This document shows, piece after piece, positions 18,701 through 25,410 of a stretch of DNA of 32,000 bases. The notes beneath the pieces are model-generated. The model was given only the letters and a program-made list of their open reading frames with translations, had not been told where the DNA came from and did not search any database. Location of the stretch: assembly GCA_934660865.1 (NCBI GenBank), contig CAKUIA010000017.1:1-32000 (forward strand), written 5' to 3'. Made by a program: the position numbers and the translations under genes. The DNA is from an uncultured Opitutales bacterium. GTDB taxonomy: Bacteria; Verrucomicrobiota; Verrucomicrobiia; Opitutales; Intestinicryptomonadaceae. Numbering within the stretch: the stretch's first letter is position 1; every line of letters starts with the position of its first letter.

Positions 18701-18958
18701 GAATTTGCATTCGACATGAATTTAAACGGCGGCGTTGTAGGCGGCCGCATAGACAGGCTTGTGCTTAAAAAAGACGCCTCAAACAAATACGCTTTTGCCG
18801 AAATTTTAGACTTTAAGGCGGCTTTTGCATGCAGCGCCCAGCAAAAGGCCCAGCTTGAAATTTATGCAAAGGCAGTTTCGTCGCTTTTCGGTATAGCGCG
18901 GGAAAATGTTTCAACCAAAATTATAGACTACACCCGCGGCGAAATTTACAAAATTTAG
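15776..18958 (+). CDS. addA: AddA-like UvrD/Rep-family helicase with a C-terminal PD-(D/E)XK nuclease domain
   Basis: Walker A is SAGAGKTY. Other motifs are DEFQDTS, YYVGDTKQSIYSFRNGD, TSYRSG, MTIHKSKGLGFDMVILPD and LLYVALTRAKRALY. The C-terminal nuclease motif is GRIDRLV...AEILDFKA. I prefer the ATG at 15776 (MPKNASNIF...) over the track start at 15683. It leaves a 20-nt overlap with addB rather than 113 nt. Confidence 0.8.
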   Translation: MPKNASNIFQNERVSASAGAGKTYALTMRYIALALSEKLPDPFKILAITFTRKAAGEFLKNILEILSNALLKAEKFGELRQKVCEISGGKSGESDADFRARICLLLRTCALNLNRLNLSTIDSFFSSVLNGYANECGLYSKIGIVDASEYQTSKELIVDEILADNSVDEKTFNEFCQLVKTASFGEEQKSLKSALYENIRQSIALYRKNGGKWGDIGAILGKRTEFNRGEYEKCAAEFCAYLSENKVPKKSVSALENFFEKLPTSVPSSVPAGLKPLAQEFAKNALSPNSMYGKVPLNSAYFKLNYLLESMLCLHLERACAAAEAARKIAEQFGQKYYKRNIKKGRLTFDDITYMLNGLGKNDPTFIPTLEYRLDSKIRHYLVDEFQDTSREQWNFLGEILDDVVNSRGEKTFYYVGDTKQSIYSFRNGDRRLFNEVFGNANGAIKEGENLHTSYRSGESLLKFVNGVFAGKDGKGNAFLAEVFDENSAADFNEMFSEHLPAKKIKSISQLSVVKYCSNKAEEENRLIFAEILEILRQTKPTKNGISCAILVNKNDLAEKIIEFLRENGIQASGELEKSSAKDNTLVPLFMQLVKLAAHPNDTAASQFLKMSPFAEIFVGQPPKFAEICEFILQKTSAKSFAEIAEFFEEKINAYKNGNLCDSAVHDMRLLKEACVQFDNSAQSGIDAFIRFMENKTYKISAPSKVVQVMTIHKSKGLGFDMVILPDLHRIGRGEPPSKKLGNICKKTGENEYVPLTVSYIPPSFICSLNRHLSDTLARQKSDRHYDNLCLLYVALTRAKRALYAVVADVKDESAANIQQLLISAFNDNGAKCEVFGDVKRMFYVDENCGTLDWQKELLDEKREKNENTVKYDNFLEPLGEVLPACAKIVQASKAAGESPESDSIKMQTGILVHKIFENLPCADMSDSEKLNAAFAKLAYKSECATAAFNTVKNALLNPEISAYFRPKPRTEFFAEFAFDMNLNGGVVGGRIDRLVLKKDASNKYAFAEILDFKAAFACSAQQKAQLEIYAKAVSSLFGIARENVSTKIIDYTRGEIYKI

Positions 18959-19005
18959 GCAATTTTGCCTGCAAATACGGCGCAATAAAAAGGCATTTGT
19001 TGCCG

Positions 19006-19524
19006 CTAAAAGGCTTGGGGCTTGTTGTATAGCGCGTTTAAAACCGCTTCGTAGTCGGGCTCTTTTTCTATTTCGGGCGTAAGCTGCGCAAACTTAACAA
19101 TGCCTTCGGGCGAAATTATAATTTGCGCGCGCGTTAAAAGCCCTTCGAACATTCCCGAAGAAATTTCCACGCCGTAGTCTAGTCCGAATGTGGAGTTAAG
19201 CCTGCAGTCGGAAAGGGCAAGCACGTTTTTAATGTTTTCGGTTGTGCAAAAGCGTTTTTGTGCAAACGGCAGGTCTTTTGAAATACACAAAACAACGGTG
19301 TTTTTTAAAGAGCCTGCAATTTCGTTGAACTTGCGCACCGACATTGCGCAAATATCGGTATCCAAGCTGGGAAATATGTTTAAAATAAGTTTTTTGCCTT
19401 TTGCCTGCGCAAGTGTAAAATCGCCCAAATCGCCCTTTGCCATTCTAAAATTCGGGGCTACGGCGTCTTTGCAGATAAAATCGCCCGCCAAGTTTACGGG
19501 AATGCCTTTAAATTTAACTTTCAT
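19006..19524 (-). CDS. tpx: Thiol peroxidase (atypical 2-Cys peroxiredoxin, Tpx type)
   Basis: 172 aa. The block NIFPSLDTDICAMSVRKFNE carries the peroxidatic Cys. The resolving-Cys region is QKRFCTTE. Length and layout match Tpx. Confidence 0.88.
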   Translation of the reverse strand: MKVKFKGIPVNLAGDFICKDAVAPNFRMAKGDLGDFTLAQAKGKKLILNIFPSLDTDICAMSVRKFNEIAGSLKNTVVLCISKDLPFAQKRFCTTENIKNVLALSDCRLNSTFGLDYGVEISSGMFEGLLTRAQIIISPEGIVKFAQLTPEIEKEPDYEAVLNALYNKPQAF

Positions 19525-19593
19525 ATAAAAGCTTTCGGCAAAATTTACCGCAAATTAACCAATCCTTTTGCGCTGCCTATGTTTATGCCGCGC

Positions 19594-19630
19594 AAAAAAA
19601 GGGGCTTGAATGTTGCCGCATTCAAACCCC
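19594..19630 (-). terminator. Rho-independent terminator of the PATR/PEP-CTERM gene (read on the minus strand)
   Basis: 12-bp stem GGGGCTTGAATG (19601-19612) / CATTCAAACCCC (19619-19630) with one mismatch and a 6-nt loop. A7 at 19594-19600 reads as a U-run on the minus strand. It lies 26 nt downstream of the stop at 19656. Confidence 0.7.
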
Positions 19631-19655
19631 AAAGTTTTCAGTTTTTTAAGACAAA

Positions 19656-21587
19656 CTATTTTCCCTGTCTTTTTCTGTAGATAGCCAAAGCCAAAGCCAA
19701 AGCGCCGAAAATTGCCGCCCAAGTAGCGGGTTCGGGCACGCTTAATGTAACCGAAAATACGCCGCTATCTATTTCGCTTTCAAACAAAGCATTGTAGGTT
19801 TTGCCCGTTTTTACGTCTACATAGGTATATTTGCCGTTGTCTTCACTGTCTATAATGGCCTGCAAAAGTGCGCCAATACCGCTTTCGTAGTCTTCAAATT
19901 CGATAAGGTCGAAAGATACTCCAAGCATATCGTCGCTAATATTTGCAAAGGCAAAATCGCTTGCCAAAATTTGATATATGCTGTCGGAGTTTGCAAAAGT
20001 TAGGGCAACATTGCTGCCTAGCTCGCGGTCGAACAAAAGCTTGCCGCCTAACATTATCAAAGAATCCAGCTTAACAAATGTGCCCGCCGAGCCGAAATAA
20101 CCGCCCTTATTAACGGTAACATTGCCAACGGTTCCGTCTGTTGCCGAATTTGCGTGCAATGTTCCCTTGTTTACGGTAAGGCCGCCGTTAAAGTTGTTTT
20201 TGCCCGCAAGGATTTGCCTTGAAGTGCCGTTCTTTACAATGGCCAAGCAGGCGCGGTCGGTATTATTGACAAATTCGTCTTTAACTACGCCCGTATATTT
20301 AAAGTCTTTACCGTCGGAATCTATTTTTAATGTAACGGTAACGGGGTTTTCCACGGCAGTGGTTATCCACGGGGCAACATTGTCGAACGAACCGCTAATG
20401 CCGCCAACTGTTGTAGTTTTGTCGGTAGTTTCGCGGCTTACAATAAAGTAGCCTGTGCTGCCTTTAATTTCGCCTATATACGAGTTTTCTATATTTTTTG
20501 CCAAATAAAAGGCGTTTTTCCTCGGAGAATTGCCCAAGTCTACGGTGTCGATTGTAACTTTTGTTGTGTCGCCTCTAAGGTCTATGGTTGCCGGCCCGTT
20601 TACGAGAGAAATTGTGCCGATTTTGGCGTCTTCCTTGTAAAAATACAGCATGCCCGAACCTCTTTCATATGTATCGGAAACGATTACATTTTTAATGTCG
20701 GTTTTGCCGTAGGCTTCCAAAACGGCCTGAGCCGAATCCAACCTAAGGGTGTCTACATTCAATTCGGTATTACCCGTGGTTTTGATAACGCCTTTGCCGC
20801 TTTCAGTCGAGCTAATCGAAAGGGTTTCGGCGTTTATTATATTTTTGTCGGCGTCGGCCGTTTTATCGAATGTAAGGGTAGACCCCGCCTGAACATTTAC
20901 GTTCGAAATTGTTGTGGTTTTTGCCTTTAAGTTTACGCTGCTTGTGCCCGAAATATCCAGGCTGCCCCACAATTCCAAATTGCCGCCTTCTTTTGTTTCG
21001 GAATCTATGTAGTTTGCATCTACATTCAAGGTGCCGCCGGTAATTTTAGAAGCGCCAGAATTTTTAATAATTATGTTCTGCGAACCCAAAATATTTGTGG
21101 TGCCTTCCGAAATATTGAGGTTGTTGATATTTATGTTCAACAAATTGTTGTCGGTAGGGCTTTTAGACGACATCCAACGCCCCAAGTATAGCGTAGAGCC
21201 GCCCGACTTGTTCAAAGTGCCGTCTATCGACAAAGTGTTGCCGGGAGTAGCGGAATCGTTGCCGTAGTAGTTTAGCCAAAAAGTGTTCGAGCTAGCCGAA
21301 AGGGTGTAATCGGTAAGCGTTAGGTCTTTCTTTTGGAAATACATCTTAACGGCTTTGTCGCCGTTGGCCGCAAGGGTGTCGTCGGTAAAGAGCAAAGACG
21401 CTCCGCTTTCGGGCTTCGTTTCGGCGGCTTCGGCTCCGTTAACCTTCCAATAAAGGTTGTTGTTCATATTTGCCACATCCGCAGGGGTTGCGGGCATATA
21501 TTCGTATACATTTTCGGCGTATGCAAAAGATGCCGCCGCAAACATAATGGGTGCTATAGCTTTGTATGATATAGTTTTAGTTGTCAT
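19656..21587 (-). CDS. Secreted surface protein with autotransporter-associated beta-strand (PATR-type) repeats and a C-terminal PEP-CTERM sorting signal
   Basis: 643 aa with signal peptide MTTKTISYKAIAPIMFAAASFAYA. PATR-like units include LNKSGGSTLYLG, ITGGTLNVDAN and ILAGKNNFNGGLTVNKGTLHAN. The C-terminus is VPEPATWAAIFGALALALAIYRKRQGK. Confidence 0.8.
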   Translation of the reverse strand: MTTKTISYKAIAPIMFAAASFAYAENVYEYMPATPADVANMNNNLYWKVNGAEAAETKPESGASLLFTDDTLAANGDKAVKMYFQKKDLTLTDYTLSASSNTFWLNYYGNDSATPGNTLSIDGTLNKSGGSTLYLGRWMSSKSPTDNNLLNININNLNISEGTTNILGSQNIIIKNSGASKITGGTLNVDANYIDSETKEGGNLELWGSLDISGTSSVNLKAKTTTISNVNVQAGSTLTFDKTADADKNIINAETLSISSTESGKGVIKTTGNTELNVDTLRLDSAQAVLEAYGKTDIKNVIVSDTYERGSGMLYFYKEDAKIGTISLVNGPATIDLRGDTTKVTIDTVDLGNSPRKNAFYLAKNIENSYIGEIKGSTGYFIVSRETTDKTTTVGGISGSFDNVAPWITTAVENPVTVTLKIDSDGKDFKYTGVVKDEFVNNTDRACLAIVKNGTSRQILAGKNNFNGGLTVNKGTLHANSATDGTVGNVTVNKGGYFGSAGTFVKLDSLIMLGGKLLFDRELGSNVALTFANSDSIYQILASDFAFANISDDMLGVSFDLIEFEDYESGIGALLQAIIDSEDNGKYTYVDVKTGKTYNALFESEIDSGVFSVTLSVPEPATWAAIFGALALALAIYRKRQGK

Positions 21588-21637
21588 AATACCGGTAAAC
21601 CCTAGCTATTTCTTCGATTTTGTCAAGCCGTAAGGTA

Positions 21638-21650
21638 TTTTTTTTTTTTT
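21638..21650. repeat. T13 (A13 on the minus strand) homopolymer in the divergent intergenic region
   Basis: Thirteen consecutive T residues counted directly at 21638-21650. The tract lies 51-63 nt upstream of the minus-strand ATG at 21587 and 12 nt upstream of a perfect minus-strand TTGACA hexamer (21621-21626). Confidence 0.95.
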
Positions 21651-21881
21651 GAATAGTGCTGCAAATCAGTAGGTTGCGAAAATTGATAGCATTTTGGCTT
21701 TTATTTTGCCGATGTAAATATTTACTAAAATTCCAAATAAAATACAAAAAATCCAATAAATTGTAAAAATTAACGACCCATTAAAAGATGTCCATTTTAG
21801 CAAATAATGTCCAAAAAATACCATTTTACAAAATTCGGTTTTGCATATAAAATGCAGGGATTAACCATTAAATTATATATT

Positions 21882-23021
21882 ATGACTAAAAGGAAAATGC
21901 TATCGAATTTGTGCAAAACGGCCTTGTTTTGCGTTGTTGCAACTATGTTTAACGTTTCGTTTGCAAGAGACGTATGGACACCCAAACAGGCAAACGACTG
22001 GTACAGCAAACTGCCGTATTTGGCGGGTGTAAACTATGTACCAAGCTACGCCGTAAACGGAATAGAGCTTTGGAGCGACGAAACTTTCGACATAAAGACA
22101 ATAGAGCACGAATTTAAGCTTTTAAAGTCGATAAATATGAACTGCATAAGGCTGTTCTTAAACGACCAAGTGCACAGGCACAACCCCGAGGCTTTTTACG
22201 CAAAAATGCAGCAGGTTTTGGATTTGTGCGACAAATACGACATTTATGTAATGTTTACATTCTATTCAAACGGCGGGCGCCCCGAAGGCAAATTGGGCAA
22301 GCAGCCCGAACCTATTGCGGGCAAACACAATTCGCAGTGGGTTAAATGCCCGACACTTTCGGTTTTGGGCGACGAAAGCAAATGGGGCTACCTAAAAGAC
22401 TATGTTCAAGGCACCGTAAAAAGGTTTGCAAACAACCCCAGAATTATTTGGGACATTTTCAACGAACCTGGCAACATTCCAAGCTCGCACGTTCCTGGCC
22501 AAAAAAATATGGGCAAAGACGAATATGTAAACTATATTTTCAATACAAAAAAATTGATGGAAAAGTCTTTCGAGTGGGCCAGAAGCGCCAACCCAACCCA
22601 GCCATTAACCGCCTGCGTATGGGAATGCGACAAGTTCACCGATACCATTTTTGCGGAATCTTCGCTGACGAACAGCGACATAATTACATACCACTGCTAC
22701 GAAAGCGTTGTAAAACACACAAAATTTATAAACAGGCTTAAGCAATATAAAAAGCCCATAATGTGCACCGAATGGCTCGCACGCCAATGCGGCAGCACAT
22801 TCGACCCAATATTGCAGTTTTTAAAGGCAAATAAAGTAGGCTCGTTTTCGTTCGGGTTAAAGCAGGGCAAAATACAAACGCATTTGGCTTGGCCGTGGTT
22901 TTTAAAGAGCGGCTTAAAGGGAGTAGACGACATTTGGTTTCACGACATATTCGACAGCAACGACAAGCCCTATAGCCAAGAGGAAGTTGCCTATATTAAG
23001 CGCATATTAAGCGAAAAATAA
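21882..23021 (+). CDS. Secreted clan GH-A glycoside hydrolase (GH5-like cellulase/mannanase/xylanase fold)
   Basis: The acid/base motif is IWDIFNEPGN and the candidate nucleophile is in IMCTEW. The GVNYVPS...ELW and CIRLF blocks are typical of (beta/alpha)8 GH-A enzymes. I chose the start at 21882 (MTKRKMLSNLCKTALFCVVATMFNVSFA) because it gives a signal peptide. The track ORF extends to 21807. Confidence 0.65.
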   Translation: MTKRKMLSNLCKTALFCVVATMFNVSFARDVWTPKQANDWYSKLPYLAGVNYVPSYAVNGIELWSDETFDIKTIEHEFKLLKSINMNCIRLFLNDQVHRHNPEAFYAKMQQVLDLCDKYDIYVMFTFYSNGGRPEGKLGKQPEPIAGKHNSQWVKCPTLSVLGDESKWGYLKDYVQGTVKRFANNPRIIWDIFNEPGNIPSSHVPGQKNMGKDEYVNYIFNTKKLMEKSFEWARSANPTQPLTACVWECDKFTDTIFAESSLTNSDIITYHCYESVVKHTKFINRLKQYKKPIMCTEWLARQCGSTFDPILQFLKANKVGSFSFGLKQGKIQTHLAWPWFLKSGLKGVDDIWFHDIFDSNDKPYSQEEVAYIKRILSEK

Positions 23022-23045
23022 TTTGCGCGCAATATATCTACAAAC

Positions 23046-23079
23046 AAAAAACCGCATTAAATTAAATGCGGTTTTTTTT
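23046..23079. terminator. Bidirectional rho-independent terminator between the convergent GH-A gene and sulP
   Basis: 8-bp stem ACCGCATT (23051-23058) / AATGCGGT (23065-23072) with a 6-nt loop, flanked by A6 and T8. Confidence 0.75.
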
Positions 23080-23119
23080 GTTTCATAAAAAGGGCGGTTT
23101 TGCCCGTATATTACGGCTT

Positions 23120-24814
23120 TTATTCCCCGCCTTTGGCTTTAATTTCCGCCAAAATTTCGCGCGATTTCTTAAGGGCTGCGTCTATATTTTCCAAAACGTG
23201 GTCTTCGCCGATTTTTTTAAGAAAGCCCGATTTTTGCATCATGTGCAGCGGTTGCGAGTGCGCTCCCGTAATAATCATATCCACGCCCTTTGCCTTAAGC
23301 TTTTCGTACAGGTGGTCGAGAACGTCTAAGGCGGTTGCGTCCATAGCCAAAACCGTGCGCATTCTTAAAATCGCAATTTTCGGGCGTTCGCCCATGGCGG
23401 TAAGTATGCTTTCAAGCTTGTCGGCAGCCCCGAACATAAGCGCCCCGAATATGCGGAAAATCATTACCTCTTCGGGTACGTCTTTGCCCTCAAGCGAATA
23501 TTTTGCCAAATTTGTCTCAAGGTTTTTGTCTACAACCATAACCTTTGTAGTTTCCGAAACCCTGCGTATAAACAGCATTGCCGCAAGTATCATGCCAACT
23601 TCTATGGCCAACGTAAGGCCGAAAACAACCGTAAGCGAAAACGTGGCAATGAAAACAACGTCGTCGGAACGCGGCAGCCTGCGCATTTCCGAAAAGGCCG
23701 ACCAGTCGCCCATATTAAAGGCAACAACAAACAAAACCGCGCTTAGCGTTGCAAGCGGTATATACTGCGCGTAGGGGGCTGCAAAAACCAGTATGCAAAG
23801 CAAAACCGCGCAGTGAACTACGCCCGCAATGGGCGTGCGCCCGCCGTTTTTTATGTTTGTGGCGGTTCTTGCAATGGCGCCCGTTGCGGGTATGCCCATA
23901 AAGAAGGGCACTGCTATGTTTGCCATACCCTGGGCAATAAGCTCTTGGTTGGAATCGTGCTTGTCGTCTATCATACCGTCGGCAACAACGGCCGACAGCA
24001 GCGACTCTATCGCGGCCAGCAGCGCTATTGTAAAGGCCGGCATTGTAAGGTTTTTAATGTTGGCAAAGTTTATTTCAATCCAGCCAAACTTCGGCAAAGA
24101 GCTGGGTATTTCGCCAAAGCGCGTAAATATTGTTTCGGTTTGCCAGCCGAATTTCGCCATAATTATTGCGGCCAGCGTGCCTATAAAAATTGCGCCTATT
24201 TGCCCGGGTATGCGGTGCCTCCAGGATTTTGGCCAATATACAATAACCAAAACCGAAAGTATGCCTATAAGCAGGGTGGGCCAGTGCGTGGTGGAAATTG
24301 CGTTGAATATTGCCGAGCATTTCGGGATAAAGTCTTCGGGCATTTTTTCTATCTGCAGGCCGAAGAAGTCTTTTACCTGCGTCGACATAATCAAAATTGC
24401 AATGCCGTTGGTAAAGCCTATAACTACGGGGCGCGGAATGTAGCGTATGGCGTTGCCCATTTTTGTAATGCCCATAATTATAAGGAAAACGCCCGCCATA
24501 AGCGTAGCAACCGCCAACGAGGCGTATCCGTATTGTCCGATTATGCCCGAAACTATAACTATAAACGCGCCCGTTGGCCCGCCTATTTGCACTTTAGAGC
24601 CGCCGAAAAGCGAAATAATCAACCCCGCAATAATGGCGGTATATATGCCCTGTTCGGGGGTAACTCCGCTGGCTATGCCGAACGCCATTGCAAGCGGCAA
24701 AGCCAAAATGCCAACGCTTAAACCCGCGCACAAATCGGCGGCAAAAACGGAACGGTTATACCCCTTAAGGCAGCTTACCAGCTTGGGGCGAAACGAGAAT
24801 TTAGAACTACTCAT
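23120..24814 (-). CDS. SulP-family anion transporter with a C-terminal STAS domain
   Basis: 564 aa. The N-terminal block DLCAGLSVGILALPLAMAFGIASGV is the SulP signature region. About 10-12 TM segments follow. The C-terminal STAS-like domain reads (VMIFRIFGALMFGAADKL...ILRMRTVLAMDATALDVLDHL). Confidence 0.88.
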   Translation of the reverse strand: MSSSKFSFRPKLVSCLKGYNRSVFAADLCAGLSVGILALPLAMAFGIASGVTPEQGIYTAIIAGLIISLFGGSKVQIGGPTGAFIVIVSGIIGQYGYASLAVATLMAGVFLIIMGITKMGNAIRYIPRPVVIGFTNGIAILIMSTQVKDFFGLQIEKMPEDFIPKCSAIFNAISTTHWPTLLIGILSVLVIVYWPKSWRHRIPGQIGAIFIGTLAAIIMAKFGWQTETIFTRFGEIPSSLPKFGWIEINFANIKNLTMPAFTIALLAAIESLLSAVVADGMIDDKHDSNQELIAQGMANIAVPFFMGIPATGAIARTATNIKNGGRTPIAGVVHCAVLLCILVFAAPYAQYIPLATLSAVLFVVAFNMGDWSAFSEMRRLPRSDDVVFIATFSLTVVFGLTLAIEVGMILAAMLFIRRVSETTKVMVVDKNLETNLAKYSLEGKDVPEEVMIFRIFGALMFGAADKLESILTAMGERPKIAILRMRTVLAMDATALDVLDHLYEKLKAKGVDMIITGAHSQPLHMMQKSGFLKKIGEDHVLENIDAALKKSREILAEIKAKGGE

Positions 24815-24817
24815 ATA

Positions 24818-25180
24818 TTATACTGACAAAAATTTTCCGAAAAACGCCCCGACATCGAATTTCGTATCGGCAATATAGGTAAAAGCATAGCAGTTTTCGC
24901 AAACGCCTATGTTGTTTTTAAGATATTCCAGTTCGTCGGGCGCAATTTTTGCGCCGCAGTGCGAGCATTTTCCGTCTACAACTTCGGCAACACCGCAGGC
25001 GCCCGAATTTTCAAGCCTGTCGAAATGCGACAGCGCCAACGGGGCAACCTGTTCCCTTGTTCGGGCAACAAAATTTTTCAGTTTTTCGATATTTTCGCCC
25101 GACATTTTGCCAGATTTAACAAGCCTGTTTGCATGCTTAATCTGCAAAAGTTTAACGACAATATCTTCGGTGTGCTTCAT
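24818..25180 (-). CDS. Small C4 zinc-ribbon protein resembling the C-terminal half of COG1579/DUF164 proteins
   Basis: The block LSHFDRLENSGACGVAEVVDGKCSHCGAKIAPDELEYLKNNIGVCENCYAF carries a CxxC...CxxC ribbon in the arrangement seen at the C-terminus of COG1579 coiled-coil proteins. The start is ambiguous, either the ATG at 25180 or the upstream codon at 25201. The stop lies 3 nt from the sulP ATG. Confidence 0.5.
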   Translation of the reverse strand: MKHTEDIVVKLLQIKHANRLVKSGKMSGENIEKLKNFVARTREQVAPLALSHFDRLENSGACGVAEVVDGKCSHCGAKIAPDELEYLKNNIGVCENCYAFTYIADTKFDVGAFFGKFLSV

Positions 25181-25327
25181 AATTAAAGCGCACAAGCACA
25201 AAATAATTTAAGGTCTTTGGCAAGTAAAAACATATTGCATTGCCTTGCTGCAATATTTTTCGGCTTTGTGTTTTTTGTTTTAAACGCCCGCTTTTTCTAC
25301 AAAATCGTTCATTTTTTAAAAATGCTG

Positions 25328-25356
25328 TTGACGCTATTGTATTTATCCGAATAATT
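25328..25356 (+). promoter_or_regulatory. Candidate sigma70-type promoter for the autotransporter gene
   Basis: TTGACG (25328-25333), a 17-nt spacer, then ATAATT (25351-25356). This would give a 5' UTR of roughly 45-50 nt before the ATG at 25411. It is a sequence match only. Confidence 0.35.
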
Positions 25357-25410
25357 CTCCGCCATACAATCCGACACAACATTTATACCATACAGACTAA
25401 TACGACGATT

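Noticed and set aside
13042-18958. Whether the large nuclease plus UvrD-helicase pair is an anti-phage defence module (Gabija-like or another helicase-nuclease system)
   Set aside because: Gene order (B then A), sizes (917 and about 1060 aa), a nuclease domain on both subunits and the full set of UvrD motifs match canonical AddAB recombination repair. There is no ATPase/TOPRIM partner or other defence gene nearby, and the flanking genes are housekeeping.
19684-19701. Tandem (GCCAAA)x3 hexamer repeat
   Set aside because: It lies inside the coding sequence. On the minus strand it simply encodes the ALALAL stretch of the PEP-CTERM transmembrane helix. It is not an independent repeat element.
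23100-24878. Several long plus-strand ORFs (224, 302, 204 and 143 aa) antisense to sulP
   Set aside because: All lie inside the strongly supported SulP/STAS gene. Their translations are Arg/Gly/Asn- or Ser/Ala/Ile-rich with no motifs. They are typical shadow ORFs.
25240-25410. Upstream extensions of the autotransporter ORF (from 25240) and of the GH-A ORF (from 21807)
   Set aside because: The extensions are Cys/Phe/Arg-rich or otherwise non-protein-like and cover promoter-like AT-rich DNA. Internal ATGs at 25411 and 21882 start directly with canonical signal peptides.
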